From Hydrolagus colliei (taxonomy: Eukaryota), in assembly GCA_035084275.1 (NCBI GenBank), contig CM068742.1, positions 54,994,001 through 55,058,000 on the forward strand: DNA of 64,000 nt. The letters run 5' to 3'. Below are positions 34,850 through 48,075 of the stretch, piece after piece; position 1 is the stretch's first letter, and each line of letters starts with the position of its first letter. Under the pieces are notes generated by a model. That model had not been told where the DNA came from. It did not search any database and saw only the letters and a program-made list of their open reading frames with translations. The translations under genes were made by a program, and so were the position numbers.

Positions 34850-35035
34850 TTTTAAAAAATTGTGATTCAGTCCACAAGTATTTGTGGGACATTGCTCTGT
34901 GCAATTGACTGCTGCGTCTTGCCCACAAAATATTTACAATGTATTCTGTGAAGTGATTTGAGATGTCTCAATGATGTGATATGGCATTATATCAAACACA
35001 AGCATTATTATTATTATAATTATTATTATCATTAT
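34850..35035 (+). mobile_element. tRNA-SINE 3' fragment
   Basis: tttgtgggacattgctctgtgcaattgactgc...tatatcaaacacaagc(att)n. Confidence 0.8.
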
Positions 35036-35231
35036 TCTACCTTATGAGAGGCAACATCATGCATCTGCCAAACAACATAAACTCTATAGACCCTTTGTAT
35101 GAGGTTTCTTAGAACACCTTCAGCTCAGAGCCATCTAAGAGGACCTCCAGAAAGGAATTATAATGTCTGTGCTAAATGCACTGCATATTATTAACAGCTT
35201 AGTAATGGAACTGTGAGAGAGGAAAAAAGTA

Positions 35232-35537
35232 CAGTAAATGTACTTCAGGACCTACCCGGTGCTGATTAATCAAACATGCCGGATATTCAAGCAGCAAGTT
35301 GCCGAAAATCCTACACAAAGAATTAACTTATTTTAAAACATACCATATTGATAATAGACTAAATAATAACAGAATATTGCATGGCATTGCATACATGCGC
35401 AAAATGAGCATAATCGCAAGTGTCCCGGATGGCTCCGGTACGAGATCAGTTTGCTGGAATGGTGAATTGTATTGGAAAGTACTGGTTGGGGTTGAGCATT
35501 CTGATTAGTTGGGTGCTGGATAAATGAGCTTTTACTG
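35232..35537. mobile_element. Tigger/pogo-like MITE (inverted relative of 13636-14007)
   Basis: caagttgccgaaaatcctacacaaagaattaacttattttaaaacataccatatt is the reverse complement of ~13877-13930. Ends ggataaatgagcttttactg-TA; the left TIR is degraded. Confidence 0.8.
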
Positions 35538-35601
35538 TATTTCAATTTTAAAATGTTCCCTTACAATCTTCAGTTTCACTGTACAAAAGACCTGCAATAT
35601 C

Positions 35602-36261
35602 CAGTAAAAGCTTGTTTATCCGTGATCCGATCAACCGTAACTTCCGTATAACTGGCACCTCAAAAAAAAAGGTCCCCCATTCGATCAACCAGATTTTATC
35701 CGGCACAATTGCTGTGGTGCATTTAATGAATTGATTGTTGCAGGAGAGTACAGTATGATTAGCTCTGAATGCTGCTGGTAGTGCACTTCTGGGTTTGACT
35801 GAGAGGCAGGGAGATGAGAGGGTGGGGGGGTGGGGAGAGGGACAAAGATGGGGGGAAGAAAGAGAGGGAATGAGGGAAAGAGAGAGGAGTGGGAGGGGGA
35901 GAAAGAGGTGGGGGAGAGAAAGAGAGGGGTGAGTGGATTAATTTAGATGAAAAATGATAGGTGGAGATTGTGTGTGGAGCCATTAAGATGCTAGACAGAC
36001 AGACACACAGACACACAGACAGAAACGAGGGTACTCCTTTGATTGTGTGCTGTGTGTATAGACTGTAATCAATATTTATTGCTTTATTGGTAATACCAGA
36101 ATACAATATTCTGTTATTATTTAGTCTATTATTAATATGGTATGGTTAACAAAAAAATTAAATTTCTTTTTTTAAAGTAATTTCTGGGGGTGTTGGGTTT
36201 TCGGCAGCTGGCCACCCGAATATCCAGCATGCACTTTAACTGGATAAACGGGCTTTTACTG
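35602..36261. mobile_element. Tigger/pogo-like MITE with an internal purine-rich simple repeat
   Basis: TIR cagtaaaagcttgtttatcc / ggataaacgggcttttactg. The first ~100 bp are near-identical to 3872-3970. GA/G-rich tract at ~35800-36025. Confidence 0.83.
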
Positions 36262-36579
36262 TATTTAGAAAAATACCAAAAAAAACAAATTTTCATTAAA
36301 ACATAACTGAATAGATAACTTTCAAGTGTTACCAGCACAAGGTGTTTTACTTGCTTTGCCAGCATGAGAAAAATAAAATCCTGTTCTGTGACCTGAGGCA
36401 CAATGGTGACAACGAAGGAAAATGTTGCTTTAATAACAGATGACAGAAACTAAGAATATGAAATTCAAAGAAAAAATGACATTTCTACAATGTTGTATAA
36501 CACAAACAGATACATCATTATCCATTCAAGAATAGCACAATAATTTGCAAAGAAAAAACATTGAACCCTCTGAATATCA

Positions 36580-36645
36580 ATAATAATAATCCTTGCATTT
36601 GATGTAGCACTTTTCACGTCTACTAGATGTCTCAAAGCGCTTCAA
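36580..36645 (-). mobile_element. SINE tail fragment
   Basis: ataataataatccttgcatttgatgtagcacttttcacgtctactagatgtctcaaagcgcttca. Confidence 0.82.
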
Positions 36646-36704
36646 TAAAAGTGCATTTAAATTTATTAATTTAGCACTCCAGCAACCTTCTTCCCATAAA
36701 CACA

Positions 36705-37065
36705 ATAAGAATAATTCTTGCATTTGATATACTGCTGGCTCATAAGTTTGTGCCATTTTATTGTGAAGTGTAATGCCGGTGTTTTTAGCGATGCCCCACG
36801 AACAGTTATGAAGTGAGTGAACAATTTCATTAGACGGTTTGTTGGCTAAAGCATAGGGATAAACAACCTTCTCTTTTAAAATAGCGCAATGAGATCTTTA
36901 ACATCCATCTGAACAGGCAGATTGGATCTCAGTTTAGCATCTCATGTAAGGTGCCTCCGTTTAGTAATCTCGAAAATGCAGCACCACTCTAGGTCTGTAT
37001 CAAACCGTCAGGTTGGATAGTGAGTTCAAAGCCCTGATGTGGAACTTGAACCCACAACCTTGTGG
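36705..37065 (-). mobile_element. DeuSINE, decayed
   Basis: On +: gatctttaacatccatctgaacaggcagattggatctcagtttagcatctcat (reverse complement of the Deu domain) and ggaacttgaacccacaacctt. Confidence 0.7.
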
Positions 37066-39020
37066 ACATAGGTTTAGAGTTGTCAAAGGCAATTTCAGGA
37101 CAGTTACCAACAAGATACCGGCCCGAAAGGTGATAGTGTCCAGGAAGGGCCTTCTTCAACCAAAGCAATTTTGTGATTAGCACCGGTATTCCGAATCACA
37201 CCTAAAAATGATGATAAAAGTGAGCACATTAACTAAGTAAGATGTAACATCAGACCATTTAAAACTCAAAACCCGAGTTAAGGATTTAAGGGATAGCATA
37301 GGGGACTACATTCAATCTAATGTACCATGCAGAATTGTGAAATCAAACCCAAAAGTAAAGAGATTAGGAAGACCAAATAACATGAAACATAATGCACCAA
37401 ATTATTTTTGATAGGCGAAAAAGAGAGCTCTGAGTATATGCAGTTAAGTGTAAGACCAGAACTCCACTAACTGTCATTCCAAACAAGTTTCTGAATGCTA
37501 CAACATATATGTTATTCAATAATAACATTAAAAGGTTGAATTGTACCACCAGGAAATTGCCAGGGGCCAGTTTAGCATGAAACTTAAATTTATATCCTAT
37601 TTGGTTAAATCACTTTCCTGGCAAATCATCTTCTCAAGGTGGGTTTACTAGCTGCCCACCTGTAAATATGTGCCCATAACCACAGACATGCTGTTGTTTC
37701 AACACTGATTCAATGTTATTTATAGTTTGAATTATTATTAAAACAACTGTATATAATGAGGCCATAAAGAGGCTGTACTGTTTCCATCCAAGGCATGCCC
37801 TTTTCCATCACATCAGGGAACCACTTCTGACCTGAACTGATATCATTCACAGATGAATAAGGGAGGAATTTCAAACACTGATATCCAAGGCTGACATGAA
37901 TGTCAATGAAAAAGAATACAGCCAGTATTCTCTTCCTGACCTGGGGCACTTCACAAATCAGTATGCGGATTGTTCCTGAAAGGAATTCCATTCAAAATGT
38001 TCCCTGTTGTGAAGATAGGTCTTAAATGATGACTCCACACAAGATCAAATACATTATTAACATTGTCGAAAGCATAAAATAATTAGGCTTCTTTTTTATT
38101 TATTATAAATTAACTGGGGGGAGTGAAATTATATTTTATTTGAAATAATGATAATAATAATTGTAGCTGATAGTACAGTTCCAATAATTGTAGTTGATAG
38201 ACAGTTCCCAAATTATCATTTTCCCTTCAAAAGTGTTCAATTTTCATGAAATAAAAATTAGGGTTTAGAAGAATCAAATAATTCAGGTTGACACTGTTCA
38301 TAAATTACAAGTTTAATTTGTTAATAAGTAAATGAGAAATTATCCATTAAATGCTTTGCAAGAAGAGAGATGCTTAGATTCAATTTGACTTGATGCTGAA
38401 TGAAACAGTTAAAAGAGCCTGAGGCTGAATACTGCCAACAGCTGGCATAATGGAAGATAGAACCTCAGTGGGAGGTTTATATCAGTAGTACGTTTAGCTA
38501 CCAACACGGTACATTTTAGTAATCTATTGCAGCGCTAGTTTAAGTTTTTAATTCTGTGACTAATTTTTTGACTAATACTTTATTCATGCTGCTTAAATTG
38601 AGGCAATATCACTTGCAGCAGTAAAGTTATGCAAAGCAGCAAGCCAGATTTATACTTCTCATTGCTAATCGCATTGACCATAGACTAATTTACTGAAACG
38701 AAATACATGTGCAAAATTTCAATGTCAGGTTTACATTTTAATAACTTTTAAGGGATATTTGCTGAGCAAAACCTGAATTGATCTGCACCTGTCCTTGGGA
38801 CATCCTCTGGACCTGACAGGTGCTTTACAAATGCAATTTGTTGTTGTGTATTTGCACCTCAGCAGGGTAAATCAAAGGCTTAAGGTGGTCTTGTCAGCCA
38901 AAATCTGTTTACACCTTAGTTCTACCCACAGGGTTCTGTTTGAAAGTTACTTCCCAAAGTATCTTTGAGCTCTTGGAAGGGGCAAAGCTGTGCAGATATG
39001 CTTTCTCCCAGCAGCATTTT

Positions 39021-39084
39021 TATTTTCAGTGATTAAACAATACTAAAGGAATATATTTTCAGTGATTGAACAATACTAAAGGAA
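39021..39084 (+). repeat. 33-bp tandem duplication
   Basis: tattttcagtgatt(a/g)aacaatactaaaggaa, two copies. Confidence 0.9.
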
Positions 39085-39217
39085 AATTCAATTGCTTTCT
39101 ACATTCTATTGTTGTGTTACCGATCCAGCAACTGACCATGGCAATTTGTAACGTCTGATCAGCAGGCATATCTATCAAAGTTTTAATACTACTGCCAGGA
39201 AAGGAAAAGCTGTGTGT

Positions 39218-40260
39218 AACAACAACCACTTGCATTTGTATATCACCCTTCATGCAGCGCTGAGTCTCGGAGCACTTAATAATGGTGGAGCATGACACCG
39301 AGTTGGGGGGAAGACGGAAGTGACCATCAGCCCAGTCAAAGAGGAATATTTTCAGACGCAATCAAAAAGTGGGGAAGGAAAGAGCAGGGCCAATGGATTG
39401 GGAGAAAGAGGTTCAAAGCTTTGAGGCTTGGTGGCTGAAAGTGCAGCCACTTATGTTGGAACGGAGAGGACAAGGGACAATCAGGAGGATAGAGCCAGCC
39501 AAGTTGAGGCAGTGGGTTGTGGAGAGGGGAGAAAGGAGTTCAGAAAGGTTGGGAGGCGCCAGGGTGTGAAGGAACTTATAAATAAGTCAGAGGATCTTGA
39601 AATTGATCCGTTTTGTAATGAGAAGCCAGTGGAACCAGGAAAGGACTTTGTGTGATGGGTGACGAAATTTAGCGTGGGTGAGAATACAGACAGCAGCGTT
39701 CTGAATCAGTTGTAGTTTGTCTTGTCAAAGTTCAGCGTAAAGAAGTTTGTGCTCAATCAGGCCTTGATGTTTGACAGAGAAACTGAGATGACATTAGCGA
39801 GCTGGAAGTCACAGCTAGTTAAAGAGCACTAGATGCGGGTGTCATCCGCAAACATGTGACAGTTGAAACTATGTTTTCGGATTATATCGCGGAAAGGGAA
39901 CATGTAATAAATAAGGAAAAGGAGAAGGCTAAGGTTGGAGCCTTGGGGTACCTCACAGGTGACTGTGTGGGGCCAGGGAAGAAACGTTCATGTAAACCAA
40001 GTGATGGCAGTTGATTACGTAAGAGTTGAACCGGGTGAGAGCAGTCTCACTGAGGTGGAGGCAAGAGGAGAGGCAGTGGAGGAGAATAGTGTGATCGACC
40101 GTTTCAAATGCAGCAGAAAGGTCAAGAAGATGAGGCAGAGGGAACTGTGGTCACAGTGAGAGGAAACAATGTGATTTTAACAAGTGCTGTAGGCAGGGCG
40201 GAACCCAGATTGAAGGGTTTGAGTAGGGAGTGGAGAGAGAGGTGTGAGCAAAGTTAATTT
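39218..40260 (-). mobile_element. Older, internally deleted L2 LINE
   Basis: (CAA)n tail with stem-loop. Minus strand retains HMFADDT, VPQGS and IDFKIL-like remnants. Confidence 0.82.
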
Positions 40261-40272
40261 GCCACAATGTGT

Positions 40273-41980
40273 AACAACAACAACTTGGATTTATATAACA
40301 CCCTCCACGCCGGATGGCGTCACAGAGCACTTCCCAATAACGGATCCCGGGGCCAAGCCAGGGGGAGGGGGAAAAAGGTGACCAAAAGTGCTATCGAAAA
40401 GAAAGGTCTTCAGCCAAGACCTGAAAATAGGAAGGGAGGGGGCAAGGCGAAGGGAGTAAAAAAGGGAGTTCCAGAGCCTCGGGGCATAGTTGCTAAAAGC
40501 AAGGCCACCGATGGTCGAGCAGAGGATTCGGAGGACAAGGAGGAGGCCAGACCCAGTAGAGCAAAGGCAACATGTTTATGTTGTGAGGAGAGAGGAGGTC
40601 AGAGAGGTAGGGAAGTGCAGAGGAGTGCAGAGATTTGAAAACAAGAGTGAGGATTTTCAAATCGATCCTCTCCGAGACAAGGAACCAGTGAAGTTTGGCA
40701 AGGATTGGGGTAATCAGGGAGCGACGTTTGGTATAGGTAAAAATGCGAGCAGCAGAATTCTGGATAACCTGGATTTTACAAATGGTAGCAGAGGGGAGAA
40801 CGGCCAGGAGGGAATTTGAATAGTCCAGCCGAGAGGTGATAAAGACATGCCCTCAGCATTTGGTGGCTTTTTGAGTGAGATATTGGTGGAGACGGGCGAT
40901 GTGTCGAAGATGGAAGAAAGCGGTGCTGGTGAGAGACCAGATGTGAGGGAGGAAGGATAAGTGGGGTTGAACCTGACTTTTAGGGGCATCTTGGGTAGGT
41001 GGAGGAGGTGAGAGCCATAAGGTGGAAGACAGCCAAAGACTATGGCTTCCGTCTTGTCAACATCTAGCTGAAGGAAATTACTGCTCATCTAGCTCCCGGT
41101 GTCTGACAGGCAGGCTGACAGAACATCAGGGGACTGGGGATTGCAAAATGAGGTGGAAAAATAGAGTTGGGTGTCATCCGCATACACGTGGAAGTGTACC
41201 CCATGCCTGCGGATGATATCACCAAGAGGGAGCATGTAGATTAAGAAGAGGAGGGAGCCAAGGATGGATCCTTGGGGTACCCCGCACGTAACTGGGTGAG
41301 ATCAGGAGGAAAAGCCATTTGTTGAGATGAAATGCTGGCGGTTTGTGAGGTAGGACTCGAACCAGGTAAGTGCGGTCCCACTGAGGTGGTTCACGGAGGG
41401 AAGTGGTGGAGGAGGATGGCGTGATCGACTGTGTCGAAAGCGGAGGAGAGGTCCAGGAAGACAAGGAGGCACAGGGAGCCCTGGTCACATATAGAGAGGA
41501 TATATGGTTTGTGACTTTCACAAGCGCAGTCTCTGTACTGTGAGCAGGGCGGAAATCGGACTGGAGGGGTTCGAAAAGGAACGGAAGGAGTTGGTGGGCA
41601 ACAACGTCATTTTGGCAATGAAAGGCAAGTTTGAAATAGGGCAGTAGTGGCTAGGGTTTGAGGGATCTTGGGTAGGATTTTTGAGGAGGGGGTGATGACA
41701 AGTTTCCTTACTCCATATACCTAATAATATTCCGGCAAAAAAAATAACCTACAATAAAGTGGTCATTTCAATCTACGCCTGTTTGCGGGACACTGCTGTG
41801 CATAATTGGCCGCCATGTTTCGCATACAATATACAGTCAATTCACATTACAGTGTATTCTGTGAAGAGCTTTGAGACGTCTAGAAGACGTTAAAAGCGCT
41901 ATATCAAATGCAAGGATTATTATTATTATGATAGCGGTTTTGAGGGGGGCAGGGACTGATCCTGAGGAGAGGGACGGATA
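40273..41980 (-). mobile_element. L2 LINE 3' portion (RT region and tail), frameshifted, interrupted by a SINE at 41699-41927
   Basis: Minus strand encodes GVPQGSILG, FHVYADDT and SNFLQLDVDKTEAIVFG. It has a (CAA)n tail and a stem-loop 3' end, and is closely similar to the 27305-28283 copy. Confidence 0.92.
41699..41927 (+). mobile_element. tRNA-SINE (5'-truncated) inserted into L2
   Basis: Family body and tail. The flanking L2 sequence ggggtgatga|atgatagcgg rejoins, with a short atga duplication. Confidence 0.88.
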
Positions 41981-42159
41981 TATGATTATTAAAATATTAT
42001 CCCCAATGTTCACAAATCTCCTCAGCCTGAAACATACACATAATGGAGCAATGTCTTATTGGAATATCAATGATAACAGTACTTTTGTGGTTTTGATTTT
42101 TCCTTATTGAAAAAGTGTTGTTTATTTTATGAAACAATAATGTTCCTATGTTCACTCAC

Positions 42160-42278
42160 ATATGTTCGGCCACATATATACAATCAATTCACATGATAGT
42201 GTATTCTGTGAAGTGCTTTGAGACATCTAGAATGCATGAAAAAGCGCTTTTTCAAATGTAAGGATTATTATTATTATT
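42160..42278 (+). mobile_element. SINE 3' fragment
   Basis: caattcacatgatagtgtattctgtgaagtgctttgagacatctag...aaggattattatt. Confidence 0.8.
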
Positions 42279-43049
42279 GTTGTGAATGATTGAAAAAAAC
42301 ATTGATTGAGGGCAACTGTATACAGAGTTACCTGAGGCCAGGTAATAGGAAATAGGAGATACTACTCAATAGAAACAAGTTACAAAAAATTAGAAGTTTC
42401 ATGCAGCAAATAACACACATGGTTGATAGCTACAATATAGTAAACAATATTGCAACATAATGTACTTGTGACTGATTAATGGACAGTGCAGTGGAGCAAA
42501 GGTGAAACATGTTTTTTAATACTGTACAGTATATAGTTGACATAAATTGGTGTCAATTGTTAGTTTTGCAGGGTTTTTCATCTATAAAAATATTTCCAGA
42601 CAGTGTTCAAAAGCATTTTCACTTAATAGAATCTGTTAATTCTATTGTAACAAATCACACCTAAAATTAAACAGTTGAGCCCATAATCTTAGTCCACAAG
42701 TAATTTCAATTCAAATTCTCTTCTCTCCTTTCTGCTAATTGCTAACTAATTGCTAAAGAAATCAACGCCTGAGTGGTCTTTTAGGTTGAATTCTAATTGA
42801 GACATTTGAAGACAGGGAGACTGGAAAGCTAAATCAGCATTGTACGTTACAATACCTTGAATCACCATTTTCTTTTCTTTATTCTATTCAATTTAATTTA
42901 GCAGCGGATACCGGTAATCATCATTGACTTTTGGCATGGCTTCTCATTGAATTTCTGGAGAGCTGCTGGGGAAGTAACCAGCCACAGTATGACATGAATG
43001 CTGAGGTGATCCCATCCCCACAAACCTAAATATTCGCATCTATTTTCAA

Positions 43050-43205
43050 ATAATGGTATTTTAAATTTTGTTTGTGCGACATCACTGTGCAGATCTGGCT
43101 GCCTTGTTTCGATGACAAAACACACAGTCATTACACATTTGCAATATATTCCATGCTTTGAGAATGACATGATGAGGCGGCATATCAAATGTAAAGATTA
43201 TAATG
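43050..43205 (+). mobile_element. Decayed SINE 3' fragment
   Basis: tgtttgtgcgacatcactgtgcagatctggctgcc...atcaaatgtaaagattat. Confidence 0.65.
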
Positions 43206-43544
43206 AAGGACTATTATATTTTTTAGAAGTTTTGGACTTTCTGTAGGACAACCTTTAAACTATTTTATGCCTTTGTATTCTATGCTATGCACAACACTGC
43301 CAATGATCCTAAAGCAGCCTGCTGCGATTAGTTTCTTAGAGACTAACGTAATACCATTTTTACATTTTGAGTTTGTGTCCAGTGACTAGACTAACACTGG
43401 AGACAAATTGGAATGTAAACAATCACTTATCCCAAATTTGGGGAAATGCTATTTGGAATTGGATCTGCCATTGCTTACGCTTGGCATGAAGATCCAACTC
43501 TATAGCATTTGCACTGGAGTGATCAAATCCAATGAACAGACAAA

Positions 43545-44345
43545 CCATTTACATCTGCATAGTGTGTTTCATGCCAGGAGGTGTCCCAAGGAGGCAAGGG
43601 GCAGAAGGAATGTTGGATGGAGCCCCAAAGGGTGGGAGCAGAGAGGTTGAAGGCCCGACCGTCGATGGTCGGGTAGGTGACGTGGAGCAGGCTGGAGCCT
43701 GCTAAGTGGAGACAGGTTGATATGGCAATAGCTCGTCACAGAGGTAGGAAGTAGCAAGGCTGTGAAGGGCTTTGAAGTTAGGACAAGCATTAACTCGATC
43801 CTCTGGGAGATGGGGAGCCAGTGGAGCCAAGCGAGAGTAGATTGATAGGATCATGGAGCCTCATGCGAGAGAGGACTCGAGCTGCAGAGATCTGAATGAT
43901 CTGCAGTTTATGGAGGGAAGTGATGGGAAGGCCGATAAGTAGGGAGTTGAGCCTGGATGAATCAAATGCATGGATGAGGTTCTCGGCGGCCTGAGGGAAA
44001 ATGTATTGGCGAAGCCGAGCAATGTTGCAGAGGTGGGGGAGAGGCAGAGTGGGTCATGGCACGGATGTGGGGTAGAAAGGATTGTTGAGGTTCAAACAAG
44101 ATGCCTAGGTTCCAGACAGGCTCGGTGAGGTAGAGTGTACATTCTTGGATGGTGACGCTGTTCACGCCTGAGGTGTGGAGGCCCTGATGGGAGCCAATCA
44201 TGAGCGCCTCAGTCTTATTGACATTCAACTGGAGAAAGTTAGTACTCATCCAGGATTTTCATGTCAGGACAGCAGTGGTCCTGAAGTCAAGGGTAAAGGC
44301 AAAGAGATAGAGTTGGGTGTCATCTGCAGTGAAGTTCCATACATC
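43545..44345 (-). mobile_element. Decayed L2 LINE 3' fragment
   Basis: TADDTQLY, MSTNFLQLNVNKTEAL and VWNLGILFEPQQSF remnants; L2 tail near 43545. Confidence 0.85.
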
Positions 44346-44489
44346 TGATTTGATTGTGTCAGTTTCTGACATTTTTGCACTACAAAACATACGAAAGGTT
44401 TTATTTGGGGGATCTCCATGACCCAGATCGTGACAGTGGATCTTGGGTAAGACCAGCAGCAAAGTCGCCCTGCATTGAGGTGCATTCAT

Positions 44490-45460
44490 CACACACTAAT
44501 AACGAACTGCCCTACAATGACTGAGAGATTATAAATGTCACATAGACATAGTGTTATTTTTCCCACACGTGCTGTGCAGATATCCGGAGGCAATGTAAAA
44601 GAAGCTGAGGTTGAATTGTAGCTTGATGCCACATTTTGAACATCCAGGGTCATATTGCAGTGGCTTGACAGTGCAATTAAGTCGAGTTTATTGGTTATAG
44701 TTCAGCACAAATGCAATATATTTCCTCATGATCCAGCAATTGTGCAATAGCCAGAGTTCTGAATTACATTTAGTGCAAAATATTTGCCCACATGTAACTT
44801 CTGGAAACCTCAGGTTCTAAGAGAAACTGGACAAACTTCCCGTGGCTTTAATTTTGAAAGTTGTGAAATAAAGTGTGTTGGAGTGGGAAATTTACGATAA
44901 ATATTGAATTAAATTACCCATGTGAGAAATGTGAAAGCAGGAGAGATTATATCCAGCAGCAATTCAGTACAGCCTCATGTGTCACAGATTGTGTGAGAAG
45001 TACTGGATAATGGATTGGGCATACAGCTTTCAGCCCTCTCAGTTCGCAGGCACTCAGACAGATTTAAATGCTTCAGTAAGTTTCCAGCTCAGCCGTTGTT
45101 CTCGAATGCCAGCATTGAGTCTAGTTGCATAAACTCTCTAATCCTGTTGCATGGGAAGTAGAGAATAAATGATAAAATGTATTGTATGAATGTTCATGTG
45201 CTGTAATTAACCTGCCAAGGAATTCGGTCTCCCACGCCAAAAGCTCCCTGCTTCGTAGAAAATGATTCTTTAGTCTGTTGAAGACTGGTATCTTATACTG
45301 CACTAAGTGAGAGTCTTCCTGCAATTACTGAATCATGAAAGACTGCGTATAGGCAATTAATTAAAGCACGTGATGAAAACAGTAAATTGCGTAATCCCTT
45401 CTCTATTAGGACCACATCTATGATCAGACATATATTTGTAAAACAAATTGCATAAAATGA
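44490..45460. promoter_or_regulatory. Candidate conserved non-coding element/enhancer block
   Basis: Repeat-free and ORF-free; contains tttattgg, tttacga and taattaa homeodomain-type motifs and several retained CpGs. Conservation not tested. Confidence 0.3.
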
Positions 45461-45469
45461 ATAAAATCC

Positions 45470-46492
45470 TGTCCATCTGTGACCAGGGCTCCTTCTGCCT
45501 CCCAGATTCTTTCCGCTGCCTTCAACATTGTGGATCATTCAATCCTCTCTACTGCCTCTCTTCTCACCCTTCAAAGTTCTGTCCTTGACTGATAACAGGT
45601 CTTATCTCTCAGACCGTCTCCAATTGGTCTCCACTAACACTTTCTTTGCATCCCCCCACCAGCCACTGTCTCATGTGGTGTTCCTCAGGGCTCTGTCCTC
45701 GGTCCCCACCTCTTCAACCTTTACATGTTCCCCCTTGGTGACATCATCTGCGGACGTGAGGTAAATTTCCACATGTAACACCCAACTCTATCTCACTGCC
45801 TCTACCCTTGATTCCTGGACAACTGATGTCTTGACAGATTGCCTGTCAAACATCAAGTGCTGGATGAGAGACAAATTTCTTCAGCTGAACGTTATTGGCT
45901 CAAGTTAGAGCATCCACACCTCAGGCATTGGCAGCATCCGCATTCACAGATGCACACTGCACCTCACCAAGCCAGTCAGGTACCTGGGCATCTTGTTTAA
46001 CCCTCAACTGTCCTTTCTCCCCCATATCCACATATGGATAAGCCTTGGGAGGCATGGATATAGGAGGATGATCATCCATAACTCTGCAGCTCATGTCCTC
46101 ACCCGCACCAAGCTCCATGACCCCATCACCAGCACCCTTTCCTGGCTTCAGATCCCTCAAAGGATAGAATTCAAGATTCTCATCCTCGCTTTCAAGGCCC
46201 TCCATGGTCTTGCCCTCCATCCCCCCGCCTCTCTGACCTGTTGACCAGATATCAACCTGTCCACATCCTTCATTCAGCAGGCTCCGGCCTACTCCATGTC
46301 TCCTGCCCGACCTGCCCTACCATCGGTGGTCGGTGACCATGCCTTCAGCCGCCCTTCTACCTCTTCCCTCCCTCATCCAAACCCTGCCCACCATCTCCCC
46401 CATGCTTGGATCCTGACCGCTTACTGTTCAGCGCCTTGGGATATCCTCCCGATGTGAAAGACGCTCTACAAATGTAATTTTGTTGTTGTTGT
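45470..46492 (+). mobile_element. Decayed L2 LINE 3' fragment
   Basis: GVPQGSVLGP-like DNA (ggtgttcctcagggctctgtcctcggtccc) and a QIPQRIEFKILILAFKALHGLA ORF remnant. Ends cagcgccttgggatatcc...gacgctctacaaatgtaattttgttgttgttg. Confidence 0.87.
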
Positions 46493-46629
46493 AAAATGTT
46501 ACACTTAAGAGATACAGCTAACTTCAATTATTTCATGGGTTTGGTTGAATTCGAGACAGACATCATGGGGTTGTCTTCCTCAATTTGCCATTATTTTAAT
46601 AAGCACTATTGTTTATATAACATACATTT

Positions 46630-46820
46630 ATATAATACTCCTTGCATTTGATATAGCACTTTTCATGTCTTCTAGACATCTCAAAGCACTTCACAGAATA
46701 TACTGTAAAGTGAATTGACTGTATATTTGTGGGCAAAATGCGGCAGCCAATTGTGCACAGCAGTGACCCACAAACAGTCGTGGATTGAAATGACCAATTT
46801 TATTATTGTGTTTTTTATAT
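46630..46820 (-). mobile_element. tRNA-SINE 3' part
   Basis: ccttgcatttgatatagcacttttcatgtc...gcagccaattgtgcacagcagtgacccacaaacag. Confidence 0.88.
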
Positions 46821-48075
46821 GGTGTCTTTCATGTAGTGTGATGTCTAGGAGCGCTTACAATGATGTGATCAGTTACCAAACAAGGAAGAACCGAAAGTGG
46901 AAGGGGAGGTGACCAAACGAATGGTCAAAGAGGAAGTTTTTTTTACCAGCATTTAAACCATGAGGGGGGAGGTGAGCGAGGGCAGGAGGAAGGAAGGGAC
47001 AGAGCCAGAATTCCCCAAAATAAAATGGTCTTTTTGCTTCAGCTTCTAAAAGATCAAATGCAACAGGATTGATTGAAATAATTGTTACATGAAACAAAAT
47101 ATTTTCACACCATAGCAGAAGTGTGCAGCACACAAAGCAATTCAGTCTTACTGTTAAACATTTCCGATTCAACTCCACTTTTTGTGAACTGAGTATAATC
47201 GACCTCCTAGAATGTAAACCTACTGCAAAAGCACTGCATCCATCTCAGAAATGAAAAAAAAATGAAAGACTAATGTATTTTGTACTTTCATATTCTACTT
47301 TTCAGTTTGCAAGAAGTAAAATATTTAAATATTACTGGAAAATGAAGACAAATTCCTGATGAAGAGATATATGCTGAGATTAATGTCTTTTAAGTGGTGT
47401 TTGTGTATTCTAAACTACGTCCTTGAAGAAACACCACAAATCCTCCTCAACCTCTGTACCAGAAAGCTAGATGGATTTTTCTGGCACAACTCAATTATAG
47501 AAACAAAAATGTAGACATTTATCATGTATTGCCACATTAAGGTCAATCTTATGCAGCGGACTTGAGACTAGATTCCCTTTGCACATAACTCTTCAATGCT
47601 TTCGTTTATCCTAGATATGACCATCACTCTCCAGAGGTATGACTTCAACCTTTGTTCTACTTTATCCCCTTTTATAAGGCTTTGAAAAGCAATACTCTGC
47701 CAAAATAGCAGGTGTTATTCAGCAGTGATACATATCAATATTCTGAAACTGCAGCCGCGATACTTTTTGCTTTTTGCTTTTTCAGATTCATACAATGTTT
47801 TTTTCCAAAATATGTTTGCTGTCTCAGACATCTAATGGCTCACAAACCCAAACTGGTATAACACTTTTTATGCAGAAATATTATTACCATTTTAGCGCTT
47901 CAGGACGTTGTACTGAGGTTCTAAAAAACTGTTCTAAAAAATGGGCACAGGGGCAGCCTTCCAGTATGCTTGTTCATTGCCAGGTCAGAAACCAAATTGC
48001 TGGAAGGAAAATGCATATATTGCCTCAAAAGTAATGTAAAGGTACTTCTGTATCTTAAGGTTAGTGCATTCTTGT

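Noticed and set aside
37716-37991. 91-aa minus-strand ORF in unique sequence
   Set aside because: It has no recognisable domain and no clear downstream splice donor, and its length is within chance expectation.
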